This document shows, in pieces, positions 9,907 to 20,886 of a stretch of DNA of 30,931 bases. A program made the translations under genes and the position numbers. The notes under the pieces are model-generated. The model made no database searches and was not told where the DNA came from. It was given only the letters and a program-made list of their open reading frames with translations. Numbering within the stretch: position 1 is the stretch's first letter; the number at the start of each line of letters is the position of its first letter. The stretch covers positions 1 to 30,931 of the forward strand of contig CAVXEP010000026.1 of NCBI GenBank assembly GCA_963760795.1, read 5' to 3'. This DNA comes from an uncultured delta proteobacterium (GTDB lineage: Bacteria > Desulfobacterota > Binatia > UBA9968).

Positions 9907-10717
9907 GTCTATACTGCATTGAGGAGATTCGTCCCAGTCCCAAATTGGTCTTTCCCCGATAGGTCGGATAGCCTTCGCGCTCCAATATCTCTCGCAGCGG
10001 TTCCTCCCCCGCGCCGTCGCAACGGGTCGACACGCCGATGCTGATCACCGTGTCGACTTCGCGGGAAAGCTCCCGCACTTTGCGCAGGACCGCCGGCACG
10101 TCGGCCAATCTGGTTTTGATCTCGACGATGGCCGAAAGAATTTTTTCATTTAGAATCTCGGGCCGGAGCAGACCGCGCGCAGAGTCGGTCATCAGCGAAG
10201 TGACGGGATTGTTGCTTTCAAATTCGACGCCGAGTTCGGCGAGGGCTTGGGTGACGCGCTCGATGTCGCGAAAGCGCGCGCCGACTCCCGGCCGGCCGAA
10301 CTCGATGACAAAGCCCGCGTCGCCTTCTTTCACGCGGCCGGTGACATCGTTGGTCTTTACCTCGGCGGTGCCGCGCCCGTGGATGCCGGTGGACTCGTGC
10401 GGGACCTGAGGATCCGAGAAAGCGCGCCGGACAACTCGCGGCCAGCTTAACTCTTCGGGAACGATTGCGTCGGTCGGGCAGATGTCCGGCTCCGGGTCGA
10501 AGCGGAAGCGAAAAACTTTGGCGGCCTTGCGGACCGCGCGCACGAATGTGGGATTCAAATGCTCCTTCGACATGCCGCGGTAGCAGGTGAAGCATTCCAC
10601 GCATTCGTCCGCGTTGATGCGCGCGCGGTTATGCGCCGGATCGATGTAAATCGCGCCCATCGGACAGACCGGCAGGCAATTGCCGCAACCAACGCATTTG
10701 TCGGGATCGATTTTCAT
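9902..10717 (-). CDS. 2x[4Fe-4S] ferredoxin-domain protein with uncharacterised C-terminal domain
   Basis: CVGCGNCLPVCP and CVECFTC...(insert)...CPTDAI. The start overlaps the aminotransferase stop (ATGA). Confidence 0.85.
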   Translation of the reverse strand: MKIDPDKCVGCGNCLPVCPMGAIYIDPAHNRARINADECVECFTCYRGMSKEHLNPTFVRAVRKAAKVFRFRFDPEPDICPTDAIVPEELSWPRVVRRAFSDPQVPHESTGIHGRGTAEVKTNDVTGRVKEGDAGFVIEFGRPGVGARFRDIERVTQALAELGVEFESNNPVTSLMTDSARGLLRPEILNEKILSAIVEIKTRLADVPAVLRKVRELSREVDTVISIGVSTRCDGAGEEPLREILEREGYPTYRGKTNLGLGRISSMQYRQ

Positions 10718-11898
10718 AACGGCGATCGTGTTGCTGTGGTTTCCAAAAGATAAGTCTCTGCCGCCGCGAGGCCGGCGCCAAGCGGGATTTTCACGCCGAA
10801 ACTTTTTAACGCCATCTCGATTCCGGCGAGGACGCCTAAGAGTTCCAGCTCATTGAGACTGCCGAGGTGTCCGATGCGAAAAAGTTTTCCTTTGACCTTG
10901 CCGAGACCCTTGCCGAGCGGAAGATCGACGAGCTTGAGCGTGTGATCGATGAATGTGTCGGAGTCCAGTCCATCGGGCATGGCGACGGCGGTCAGCGTAT
11001 TGGAATACTCTGCGGGATTGCGCGCAAAAAGTTTTAGCTGCATCGCTTCAACGGCGCGGCGACAGGCTTCGGCCAGCCGCGCATGACGGTGAAATACGTT
11101 CTGGAGACCTTCTTCAGAGAGCATTTTCAGGCTCTCGCTCAAACCGAATAACAGTGCGGTTGCCGGAGTGTAAGGGAAATGGCCGGTGGCGTTGCTTTCC
11201 AAAACCGGCCGCCAATCCCAAAACGAGCGCGCGCACTTGGCCGAGCGGTTCGCTTCAAGCGCTTTGTCGCTTACGGCGAGCAGCGCCATGCCCGGCGGCA
11301 GCATGAGTCCTTTCTGCGGCGCGGTCAGGGCGACATCCAGCTTCCACTCGTCGAAACGCATGTCGCTGCAGCCGAGGGAACTCACGACGTCGGCCAGCAG
11401 TAGCGCCGGATGGGCCGCGGCGTCGATGGCTTTGCGAATATCTGCGAGATTGCTGGTGACCCCGGTCGAGGTTTCCGTTTGAACCACCAGCACCGCTTTG
11501 ATTTGCCGGTGCTGATCGCGGCGCAACCGTTCCTCGATTCGCTGCGCCGGCGCGCCGGCACCGTACTCGACTTCCAAGCGCTCGACGTCGATGCCGTGGG
11601 CGGTCGCGGTTTTGCAAAACAGGTCGCTGAAATGGCCGTTGACGCAGCCGAGGACCTTTTCACCGGGCGAAAGCGTGTTGACGATGCAACATTCCCAGGC
11701 CCCGGTGCCTGAGCCGGGAAAGAGAAGAATGCGCCCTTCGACCGTTTTGAAGATCTCTTTCAGCCCCCCCGTGACTTCGCGCTGGAGAGACGCGAATTGC
11801 GGCCCCCGGTGGTCGATCAAGGGCTGGGACATGGCCCGCACCACGCGCTCGGGCACGAGGCTCGGTCCGGGAATTTGCAGAAAAGCTCGGCCAGACAT
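10714..11898 (-). CDS. Class V PLP aminotransferase (serine/alanine-glyoxylate aminotransferase-like)
   Basis: FLQIPGP, SGTGAWE, ETSTGV, DVVSSL, QKGLMLPPG (PLP lysine), FPYTP and FRIGHLG. Confidence 0.92.
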   Translation of the reverse strand: MSGRAFLQIPGPSLVPERVVRAMSQPLIDHRGPQFASLQREVTGGLKEIFKTVEGRILLFPGSGTGAWECCIVNTLSPGEKVLGCVNGHFSDLFCKTATAHGIDVERLEVEYGAGAPAQRIEERLRRDQHRQIKAVLVVQTETSTGVTSNLADIRKAIDAAAHPALLLADVVSSLGCSDMRFDEWKLDVALTAPQKGLMLPPGMALLAVSDKALEANRSAKCARSFWDWRPVLESNATGHFPYTPATALLFGLSESLKMLSEEGLQNVFHRHARLAEACRRAVEAMQLKLFARNPAEYSNTLTAVAMPDGLDSDTFIDHTLKLVDLPLGKGLGKVKGKLFRIGHLGSLNELELLGVLAGIEMALKSFGVKIPLGAGLAAAETYLLETTATRSPL

Positions 11899-11908
11899 AG
11901 GATGCGCG

Positions 11909-11938
11909 ACGCTAACTAATCCGCGCCCACGATGTCAA
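11909..11938 (-). promoter_or_regulatory. Putative sigma70 promoter of the aminotransferase-FeS-TRAP operon
   Basis: TTGACA (11938-11933), 18 nt, TAGCGT (11914-11909), then 10 nt to ATG; no SD. Confidence 0.55.
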
Positions 11939-12002
11939 GTAGCCATTCTTTGAATTCAATCGGCGAACGGCGACGTTAGCTGGATAATTGGAACGTCGCG
12001 TT

Positions 12003-12368
12003 TTAGTCTTTGGAAAGCTCGATTCGGTTGCCGCCGGGATCAATGACGTAAACCGAGTAGCCCGGACCTTGGCCATGCATGCGCATGCCATCGGTTTTGA
12101 TCGCCTTGCTTTCCAACTCTTTGATCAGCTCCTGCGCATCGCTCGGTCCTTCGATATCGAAGGTGTGATGCGGCACGCCGGGCGCGCGCTTTTCCGCGGC
12201 ATCGAACAGGCCCAGTCCAGTTTCACCAGCACGCAGACGGAAAACTTTGACGCCGGCGATGGTTTGTTGCGCGGTTATTTCCGCGCCCAGCGCTTGCTGG
12301 TAGAACTTGGCCATTTGATCCAAGTTCTCCGCGTGAATATTCCACGAGCGCATTCGCAATACTTTCAT
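12003..12368 (-). CDS. VOC/glyoxalase family protein
   Basis: FYQQALG, HHTFDI and YVIDPGGNRIEL; SD AAGGAGG upstream. Confidence 0.85.
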   Translation of the reverse strand: MKVLRMRSWNIHAENLDQMAKFYQQALGAEITAQQTIAGVKVFRLRAGETGLGLFDAAEKRAPGVPHHTFDIEGPSDAQELIKELESKAIKTDGMRMHGQGPGYSVYVIDPGGNRIELSKD

Positions 12369-12390
12369 AGCAAACCTCCTTATTTGACCA

Positions 12391-12414
12391 AGGGCGACCG
12401 CCGGTCGCCCCTAC
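12391..12414 (-). repeat. GTAG-type REP-like element
   Basis: Minus strand reads GTAG-GGGCGACC-GGC-GGTCGCCC-T. Confidence 0.7.
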
Positions 12415-12421
12415 CGTTATC

Positions 12422-13270
12422 CTAATTGACATGGCTCCACGCGTGATAAGAACTTCGCACCAGAGGGCCGGACTCGACGTGGCGGAAGCCAAGTTTGTCC
12501 GCTGCCGTTTTGAATTCCTTGAACTCGTCTGGATGTAAATAACGTTCGACCTTCAAGAGTTTCGGCGAGGGTTGGAGATACTGGCCCAGCGTGACGATGT
12601 CTACGTGATTCTCCCGCAACTCACGCAGCGTCGCCATGACTTCGTCGTGAGTTTCGCCGACGCCAAGCATCATGCCCGTTTTGGTTAACACTTCCGACCG
12701 CATTGCTTTGGCGGTCTTCAAGATACTTACCGAACATTCATAAGTGTGGCCGGGACGGACTTTGCCGTACAGGCGCGGCACGGTCTCAATGTTGTGATTG
12801 AGAATTTCAATTCCCGAATTGACGACGGTTTTCAACGCATCCAAGTTGCCTTCGAAGTCGGGAATCAATAATTCCACGCGTATCCCCGGATTCAAATTCT
12901 TTATCCAGAAAACCGTCTTGGCGAAATGATCGGCGCCGCCGTCGGCGAGATCGTCGCGATTGACCGACGTGACCACGATGTGGTCCAAGCCGAGATTTTT
13001 GACGGTGAGGCCGACGTTGCGCGGCTCTTCGGGGTCGAGCGCCAGCGGTTTGCCTTTGTCGATGGCGCAAAAGCGGCAGCCGCGCGTGCAGGTGTCGCCG
13101 AGAATCAAAAACGTCGCTGTCTTATTGCCCCAGCACTCGCCGATGTTCGGACAGCGCGCTTCCTCGCACACGGTGTGGAGGTTTTTCTCGCGCATTAATT
13201 TCTTAAGCCGCAGGTAGTTGGAATTACCCGGAGCCTTGACTTTGATCCAGTCGGGATGGCGGCGGGGCAT
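12422..13270 (-). CDS. lipA: Lipoyl synthase
   Basis: CEEARCPNIGEC, radical SAM motif CTRGCRFC, and RSSY. Confidence 0.97.
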   Translation of the reverse strand: MPRRHPDWIKVKAPGNSNYLRLKKLMREKNLHTVCEEARCPNIGECWGNKTATFLILGDTCTRGCRFCAIDKGKPLALDPEEPRNVGLTVKNLGLDHIVVTSVNRDDLADGGADHFAKTVFWIKNLNPGIRVELLIPDFEGNLDALKTVVNSGIEILNHNIETVPRLYGKVRPGHTYECSVSILKTAKAMRSEVLTKTGMMLGVGETHDEVMATLRELRENHVDIVTLGQYLQPSPKLLKVERYLHPDEFKEFKTAADKLGFRHVESGPLVRSSYHAWSHVN

Positions 13271-13274
13271 AAAA

Positions 13275-13968
13275 TTAGCAGTTCAAAGCGTTCAAGCCGT
13301 TTAAAACGTTCAAATCGCCGGATTGTTCGGTTACTTCTATCACTTCGTGATAACCGAAGACCTCCGCGAAGTGATGGAGAAACCGCACTCGGACATCGCT
13401 CAAGCTTTGCTCAACACTGAGTTCCTTTTGCATCGAAGTCACTTCGGCCCAGGCCAGGCCGCAGGGAATAATGCGCTGAAAGTAGGCTAGATCGGTGATT
13501 CACATTCAGCGCCAAGCCGTGGTAGGTAATCGCGCGGCGCACGGCGACGCCGAGGGCGGCGATCTTTCTGTCGTCAATCCATATTCCCGTGTGCGGCGGA
13601 CGACGGGTCGTCGTGATGTCAAAGTCGGCGAGCGTTAGGATCGCGCTTTGCTCCAGATTCCGCACATACCGGTGCACGTCCTTACGTAGCTTCGAGCGCA
13701 GGTCGACGATCGGATAGACGACTAACTGACCGGGGCCGTGATAGGTCACATCGCCGCCACGGCTAGTGCGGTGGACCGGGACTTCCCGCGGCGCGAGTAC
13801 ATTCGCATCGTTGGCGCCGCGGCCGAGGGTGTAGACATGGGGGTGCTCAACAAACAGGAGAATGTCCGCAAGTGATTCTTGCTGCTTGAGTGAGACCAAC
13901 CGCTCCTGCAATTGGACGGCGGCGAGGTAATCCAACCGTCCGATATTTTTGACCAACAAAGTCGACAT
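13275..13968 (-). CDS. lipB: Lipoyl(octanoyl) transferase (one extra base near 13497)
   Basis: EHPHVYTLGR, RGGDVTYHGPGQ, KIAALG and HGLALNV. The shifted frame continues TDLAYFQRIIPCG to a TAA at 13275, 4 nt before lipA. Confidence 0.92.
13281..13318. repeat. 9-bp degenerate tandem repeat (x4) inside the lipB 3' end
   Basis: gttcaaagc-gttcaagcc-gtttaaaac-gttcaaatc. Confidence 0.65.
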
Positions 13969-14028
13969 CTGTTTCACACTAATATCGTCCATCATTCGGG
14001 GTTTCAAGGTGAGTTGTCTCAATACGAT

Positions 14029-14058
14029 TTGACACCACCGAGCATCGACGGCTACAGT
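14029..14058 (+). promoter_or_regulatory. Putative sigma70 promoter for the permease
   Basis: TTGACA, 18 nt, TACAGT; SD GGAGA follows. Confidence 0.55.
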
Positions 14059-14089
14059 CGGCGGAACTTCAGCGGAGAATTTCTCGCTC

Positions 14090-15628
14090 ATGGCGCATCC
14101 TCTTTCCAATCCACCCTGGTTTGTCCGCAAAGATCTCGACGGTTTCTTTGGCCTGATGATCGACAATTTGATTCAGCTGATTCTCATCGTCGGCTTGTGC
14201 CGTGAGCTGATTCGGCTGCCGGACAGTTACATTTTCGGCAAGATCCTGCCGGGAGCGGCGATCTCGATTCTCGTCGGCAATTTTTTCTACGCTTGGCAGG
14301 CGCGCCGGCTGGCGCGAGAGAGCGGCCGGGAAGACGTTACGGCGCTGCCGTATGGCATCAATACCGTGAGTCTGTTCGCCTTCGTTTTTTTCATCATGCT
14401 GCCGATCGTGCAAGAGACCAAAGATCCGGTGTGGGCGTGGAAGGTGGGCCTGGTCGCTTGCTTTCTCAACGGCGTGATTGAAATCCTCGGCGCGTTTGTC
14501 GCCGACGCGGTGCGGCGGGTGACGCCGCGGGCGGCGTTGCTGTCGGCGCTGTCCGGTATCGCGATTACCTTTATCGCGATGGATTTCACTTTCAAAATTT
14601 TTGCCCAGCCGTTGGTGGCGCTGGTGCCGATGGCGTTGATTTTTGTCGCTTACTTTTCGCACCAGAAATTACCCCTCGGCCTGCCTGGCGGCATGGTCGC
14701 GATAGCTGTCGGTACGATTCTCGGCTGGTCACTGGGTAACATGAAGGGTGAGGCGTTAACGGTCAACTGGTCGTTGTCGCTGCCGGCGTTTGCCGGCGGT
14801 TCGCTGTGGGAAGCGCTCACCCATCCGGGGTTTTTGAATTACTTTTCAGTGATTTTTCCCATGGGGATTTTCAACGTGGTTGGCTCGCTACAGAATATCG
14901 AGAGCGCCGAAGCGGCCGGCGACCGCTACCAGACGTTTCCATCGCTGATGGCCAACGGTATCGGTTCGGTGGTGGCGGCGTTGTTCGGCAGTGTGTTTCC
15001 GACGACCATCTACATTGGCCACCCTGGTTGGAAACGACTCGGAGCCCGCTCGGGATATTCTTCGCTCAATGGAATTTTTATGGCTTTTCTCTGTCTCACC
15101 GGGACAATTCAAGCTGTGCTCGGTCTCATTCCATTAGAGGCGGGTATCGGCATCCTGCTCTATATCGGCATCATCATCGTCGCCCAGTCGTTTCAAGAAA
15201 CCCCGAAGGAGCACGCGCCGGCGGTGGCGCTGGGACTGGTTCCGGCATTGGCGGGCTGGGGTTTGATGATGGTTGAGACCGGACTACGCGCCGCGGGAAG
15301 ATCCCTCTATCAGGTCGGCCTGGAGAAATTCAGCCATGAGAGCGTGGCGATCCATGGCATGATCTCGTTGGAGCGGGGCTTCATTTTTACTTCAATGATT
15401 CTTGCCGCTATTGGCGTCGCATTGATCGAGAGAAAGTTTGCCCGCGCTGGGGTGTGGTCGGTCGCGGCAGCGTTGTTGTCCGCCCTCGGCATCATCCATG
15501 CCTACGATCTTACCGCTGGAGGGATTACCAGCCGGTTTGGACTGATGGCGGCGCCGGAATTTTTTATCGCCTACCTCGCGATGGCGGTAATTTTCTTTAT
15601 TATCGGTGTGATTGCCAAGCGTGAGTGA
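14090..15628 (+). CDS. NCS2-like (xanthine/uracil-type) permease
   Basis: Many TM segments; DLDGFFGL, TALPYGIN, NIESAEAAGD and YIGHPGWK...GYS motifs. Confidence 0.75.
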   Translation: MAHPLSNPPWFVRKDLDGFFGLMIDNLIQLILIVGLCRELIRLPDSYIFGKILPGAAISILVGNFFYAWQARRLARESGREDVTALPYGINTVSLFAFVFFIMLPIVQETKDPVWAWKVGLVACFLNGVIEILGAFVADAVRRVTPRAALLSALSGIAITFIAMDFTFKIFAQPLVALVPMALIFVAYFSHQKLPLGLPGGMVAIAVGTILGWSLGNMKGEALTVNWSLSLPAFAGGSLWEALTHPGFLNYFSVIFPMGIFNVVGSLQNIESAEAAGDRYQTFPSLMANGIGSVVAALFGSVFPTTIYIGHPGWKRLGARSGYSSLNGIFMAFLCLTGTIQAVLGLIPLEAGIGILLYIGIIIVAQSFQETPKEHAPAVALGLVPALAGWGLMMVETGLRAAGRSLYQVGLEKFSHESVAIHGMISLERGFIFTSMILAAIGVALIERKFARAGVWSVAAALLSALGIIHAYDLTAGGITSRFGLMAAPEFFIAYLAMAVIFFIIGVIAKRE

Positions 15629-15669
15629 GAGGAGAACCGCGCGTGCCGGTGCGCGGCGTGGGTGCTTTG

Positions 15670-16302
15670 TCAGTTTGGGATCGCTCGGCCGCGATGTTTT
15701 GCGTACTCATCGCCGTTGATGTGGGTCACCTGCCAGGAGCCATCGCCGTTGCGGTTAAGCCGGCTCATGCCGCAGGGGTCCAAATGAAAATTGCGGTATT
15801 GGTTCAGGTGGGTTCCCGTGATTCGGCAGACGATGCCGACGATGGGAAAGTTGTGGCTGACGACGACGATGGTGTCTGACGGCTCATGGCGCGTGACGAT
15901 CTGATGGAGCCCCAGCCAAGCGCGCTCGGCAACATCGGCCAAGCGCTCGCCGCCGGGCACTTGCAGCTCCGCCGGCTCGCTGCGCCAGCGCAGCAGAAAC
16001 TCGCCGTAACTCTGTTTGATCTCGTTGAACGTCAGACCTTCCAAGTGGCCATGATCGAGTTCTCGAATGCTTTCCTCGATTATCACGGGCAGGCTGTGAT
16101 GCGCACTGATGACTTCAGCTGTGCGTCGCGCCCGTTTCAGGTCGCTGGAATAGACACCGTGAATGGTTTCCTGGCGCAGTTGCGCGGCGATCTCTTCAGC
16201 TTGGCGCAGCCCAACGTCGCTCAGGTCGCGGTCGCTCGAACCTTGGCAGCGATGTTGCAAATTCCAATCGGTAGCGCCGTGGCGCACAAGGATGATTTGC
16301 AC
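15670..16302 (-). CDS. Histidine phosphatase (phosphoglycerate mutase family)
   Basis: LVRHGATDWN, SSDLKRA, PGGE and VVSH. Confidence 0.9.
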   Translation of the reverse strand: MQIILVRHGATDWNLQHRCQGSSDRDLSDVGLRQAEEIAAQLRQETIHGVYSSDLKRARRTAEVISAHHSLPVIIEESIRELDHGHLEGLTFNEIKQSYGEFLLRWRSEPAELQVPGGERLADVAERAWLGLHQIVTRHEPSDTIVVVSHNFPIVGIVCRITGTHLNQYRNFHLDPCGMSRLNRNGDGSWQVTHINGDEYAKHRGRAIPN

Positions 16303-16320
16303 GTTGGGAAACCGCGCGGC

Positions 16321-18231
16321 TTAGCTCGCTTCTAAGAAATCGTTGTTAAAATTGATCTTTGCCTTTGCCTTGAGGCTTTCGAGATACTTGGCCAAAGCCC
16401 GTTGGCGGTTTTCCACCAGCGCCTGTTTCTTCAGGAGTAGTTTCTCTTTTTCAAACTGCTCCATGTCGGCTGGCTGGCTTTCTTTGAAGGCCAAAATGTA
16501 AGCGGCATCTTTTTGCGTGTAAAGTCTATCGGCCACCGGCTTCTGCGCCGAAACCGACAGGCTGTTGCCGCGCAGCTCGGCGAGATCGCCGATTTTCGGC
16601 AGCTGCGGCGCGTTGCGCTGAAACCAGCCGGTCTCTTCGGCTTTCAAATCGTTGGCGCCGGCGAGCTTGGCAAGATCTTTTTCCTTCTTCAGCTGATCGA
16701 GCAGGCTATTACCCTTTTGCAACGCCAGCTCGTACGCCTTGGCCTCCTTGGCGCCTTTTTCGACTTGCTCTTTGACACTCTCCAGAGGCGGCACCAGCGG
16801 TTCCTTGCGTTGTTTGAGCCGGAGAAAAATATAGGCGCTGTTGGCTTCGACGATCTGGCTCACGTCCTTTTGTCCGAGGGCGAAAGCGATCTTATAAATA
16901 TCCTGGTTCTGGCCGAACTCGGGGAGGATTTCACCGGCGGCGAATAATTTGGTCTCCTTCGCCGCGATGCCGCTGGCTTGCGCGAGTTTGGCAAATTCCG
17001 TGCCCGCCTGGGCTTTGACGCGGTCATCATCAGCTACCTTGCCGGCCGCTTTCTTGGCCTGTTCGGTCTTGAGGATCTGCGTGATCTCCGCCGTGGCTTC
17101 TTTCAATGTTAGATTTTTTTCCGCGCGCACGTCATCGATCTTAAAAATCTGCACACCTCCAGGGGTCTCCACCGGATCGCTAACATCGCCCTTACCGATA
17201 CCAAAGATTAATTTATCGACCGCCGGTGGCATCTGGCCTTGGACGACCCAGCCGACATCGCCGCCTTTGGCCGCGGTGGGATCGGCGGAATCCTTTTTTG
17301 CCAACTGAGCGAAGTCTTTGCCGCGGCGTGCCTCTTTGATGATGGCTTCGGCTTTCGCCAACACCGCCTTCTTTTCTTCGGCACTGGCGGTGGGCGCGAT
17401 GGCGAGGGCGATATAACGGATCTTGGCCTCCCGCGGCCGGTGAAATTTGCTTTTCTGATTGTTCTGGTAATACTCTTCGATCTCTTTGGCGTTGACTTGG
17501 GCGTCGGCGGCGAACTGCTCAAAGGGGTAGGTCAGATACTCGACTTGGATCTTGAGAGGTTCTTTAAAAGTTTCTTTGTTGCGTTCGTAGAATTTTTTGC
17601 TGTCTTCGTCGGTGAGTTTGACCTGGGGCGCAAAGTCATTGGCCGATAATTTGACGAATTGCAGGTTGATTTTTTCTTGGTCGAGCCGGTAGCGCTCACG
17701 CACCTCGGCGTCGCTGACCTGAACCGAGTCGAGAATGATGCTGTAGAGCCGCTGCAAGGTGATCTGGTTGCGCTGGTCTTCTTCGAACTGGGCCGGTTGC
17801 AAGCGGTTGGCTTGCAACAGCTGCAAGTAGCGTTCTTTGTTGAAGCGGCCGGCGACTTGGAATTCCGGCACCTTGGCCAGCTGATGGGCGACGTCGTCGT
17901 CGGTTGCCACCAAGCCAAGGCTTTGCGCTTCCTGCAAGACGAGCTTTTTTTGCACCAGGGTTTCGACGATGGTGCCTTTGAGATTAAGCCCCTTGATCAT
18001 CTCTTCGGTGAGCTGGCCCTTGAGCATCTCGCGGTAACGCTCGACCGTGCGCTGATACTCGGCGGCAAACTCACGCTGGCTGATCGGTTCGCCGTTGATC
18101 ATCGCCACTTCCGAGGTGGTGCGGTCGCCCATCTGGTTGCCGCCATAAAACGCTACGAAAACTATGATGATGAGCACGAGCAGAAAGAGGATCGCCCAGT
18201 TCCTTTTTCTTTTGCGTAGAAAATCAAGCAT
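16321..18231 (-). CDS. SurA/PpiD-like membrane-anchored chaperone with parvulin domain
   Basis: N-terminal TM (MLDFLRK...), FQVAGRFNKERY, and parvulin motif DFAQLAKKDSADP...GGDVGW. Confidence 0.88.
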   Translation of the reverse strand: MLDFLRKRKRNWAILFLLVLIIIVFVAFYGGNQMGDRTTSEVAMINGEPISQREFAAEYQRTVERYREMLKGQLTEEMIKGLNLKGTIVETLVQKKLVLQEAQSLGLVATDDDVAHQLAKVPEFQVAGRFNKERYLQLLQANRLQPAQFEEDQRNQITLQRLYSIILDSVQVSDAEVRERYRLDQEKINLQFVKLSANDFAPQVKLTDEDSKKFYERNKETFKEPLKIQVEYLTYPFEQFAADAQVNAKEIEEYYQNNQKSKFHRPREAKIRYIALAIAPTASAEEKKAVLAKAEAIIKEARRGKDFAQLAKKDSADPTAAKGGDVGWVVQGQMPPAVDKLIFGIGKGDVSDPVETPGGVQIFKIDDVRAEKNLTLKEATAEITQILKTEQAKKAAGKVADDDRVKAQAGTEFAKLAQASGIAAKETKLFAAGEILPEFGQNQDIYKIAFALGQKDVSQIVEANSAYIFLRLKQRKEPLVPPLESVKEQVEKGAKEAKAYELALQKGNSLLDQLKKEKDLAKLAGANDLKAEETGWFQRNAPQLPKIGDLAELRGNSLSVSAQKPVADRLYTQKDAAYILAFKESQPADMEQFEKEKLLLKKQALVENRQRALAKYLESLKAKAKINFNNDFLEAS

Positions 18232-18276
18232 CGGTGGTCGATCCTTTCGTCAAAACAACCTAAAAGTAATCTTGGC

Positions 18277-18305
18277 ATGATAAAAAATGGCCTGCGGATA
18301 TGCAA
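18277..18305 (-). promoter_or_regulatory. Putative promoter for the PpiD-like gene
   Basis: TTGCAT, 17 nt, TATCAT. Confidence 0.5.
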
Positions 18306-18352
18306 CTGTAATAGTTCGATTAAAACGATTTTTCCATAGATTTATCATTACC

Positions 18353-19461
<1,109 letters not shown>

Positions 19462-19508
19462 ACCGGGGCTCGGATGGATTCCGTGTTTCGGGTATGATCG
19501 AGCCTGCC

Positions 19509-20342
19509 ATGCTTGCTTTCCTACGCAGGAACCAAATATTCTTCAGCTCCTGTTTCTGTCTGCTACTTTCGCTTTATATCTTAACCGCGTCGGCGCGCGG
19601 CCAGATCAAGAACGAACCGATTGGCGCGCTGTTGATGTGGATTCTCCGGCCGTTGCAGATCGCCGGGCAAGGCACCGCCAATTGGATCAAGGGATTCCGC
19701 GACAATTACGATACCCTCGCCGGGTTTCGTAGCGAAAACGAGCGGCTGAGAAAGCGGCTCCACACTCTCGAAATCGAACGGCAACGACTGTTAGAAGCCG
19801 AAGCGACCAACCGCCGCTTGCAGCAGCTGCTCGATTTTCGCAGCGAGTTGCCGGGCGGCGCGATCACTGCATCGATTATCGCCGGCAGCGCCACCAGTTG
19901 GTTTCAAAGTTGCGTGCTCAACAAGGGCAGCGCCGACGGTGTGCGCAAGGGAATGGCGGTGGTGACGCCTTTGGGCGTTATTGGCAAGGTTGTTACTGTT
20001 ACGGGACGGACGGCGAAAGTGCTCTTGCTCACCGATCCGAACAGCGGCATCGACGTATTGGTTCAGCGCACGCGCAGCCGCGGCATTGTTTCCGGTTCGC
20101 TCGAGAGCGGCACTGTGCTAAAATACATAAAACGCAGCGAAGACGTGCAGGAAGGCGACCGGCTGGTCACCTCCGGTTTGGACAGTGTTTTCCCGAAAGG
20201 CATGTTGGTGGGTACCGTGATCAAAGTGCGCAAACAAAGCCGGGGGCTGTTTCAAAACGTTGAAGTCATGCCCGCTGTGCAGGCTTCGCTTGTCGAAGAA
20301 GTCATGGTAGTTAGTGGCGAAACCGAAGCGGCGAAAAAGTAG
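19509..20342 (+). CDS. mreC: Rod shape-determining protein MreC
   Basis: TM plus coiled coil, NKGSADGV and TSGLDSVFPKG; synteny. Alternative start at 19494. Confidence 0.93.
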   Translation: MLAFLRRNQIFFSSCFCLLLSLYILTASARGQIKNEPIGALLMWILRPLQIAGQGTANWIKGFRDNYDTLAGFRSENERLRKRLHTLEIERQRLLEAEATNRRLQQLLDFRSELPGGAITASIIAGSATSWFQSCVLNKGSADGVRKGMAVVTPLGVIGKVVTVTGRTAKVLLLTDPNSGIDVLVQRTRSRGIVSGSLESGTVLKYIKRSEDVQEGDRLVTSGLDSVFPKGMLVGTVIKVRKQSRGLFQNVEVMPAVQASLVEEVMVVSGETEAAKK

Positions 20343-20374
20343 CCGGCCGATTGGCGATTCTAGACGATGTGCCC

Positions 20375-20878
20375 ATGAAACTGTTTCTGTTGTTTTTTCT
20401 TGCCGGGATTTTTCTGGTGGTTTTACAGACGACATTTTTTCAACTGTTGCCGATCGGTCCGGTGGTGCCCGACTTGATTCTCGTCCTATGCGTTTACTTG
20501 GGGCTCTATCATCCGTCGGTTGGGGCGGTGCTCGGATCGTTTCTCTTGGGCTATTCCATCGATACCGTGTCAAGCCCGATTTTGGGTTTTAATGCCTTTG
20601 CCATGTCGTTGGTCTATCTAGCAGTCTATCTGTGCGCGCGCTCGATCTGGTTGCATCATCCGATCGTCAGTTCGGTGGTGGTCTTGCTCGCCGCTCTGGT
20701 CAAAGGCGCGGCGATGGTGGTGATCTGGGCGATCTTTCTCAGCGTCGACGGGTTCTGGGCCGGCGCGGCTCGCTACGTGCTGTGGGAAGCTTTGCTGGCT
20801 GCGCTGCTCGCGCCCTTGGTTTTTGCACTGTTGCGCCGCGGCCAAATTTTTGTCGAACGATTTGATCCTACGGCTTGA
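20375..20878 (+). CDS. mreD: Rod shape-determining protein MreD
   Basis: Hydrophobic protein with a PDL motif, located between mreC and mrdA. Confidence 0.85.
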   Translation: MKLFLLFFLAGIFLVVLQTTFFQLLPIGPVVPDLILVLCVYLGLYHPSVGAVLGSFLLGYSIDTVSSPILGFNAFAMSLVYLAVYLCARSIWLHHPIVSSVVVLLAALVKGAAMVVIWAIFLSVDGFWAGAARYVLWEALLAALLAPLVFALLRRGQIFVERFDPTA

Positions 20879-20886
20879 TAAAAAAG

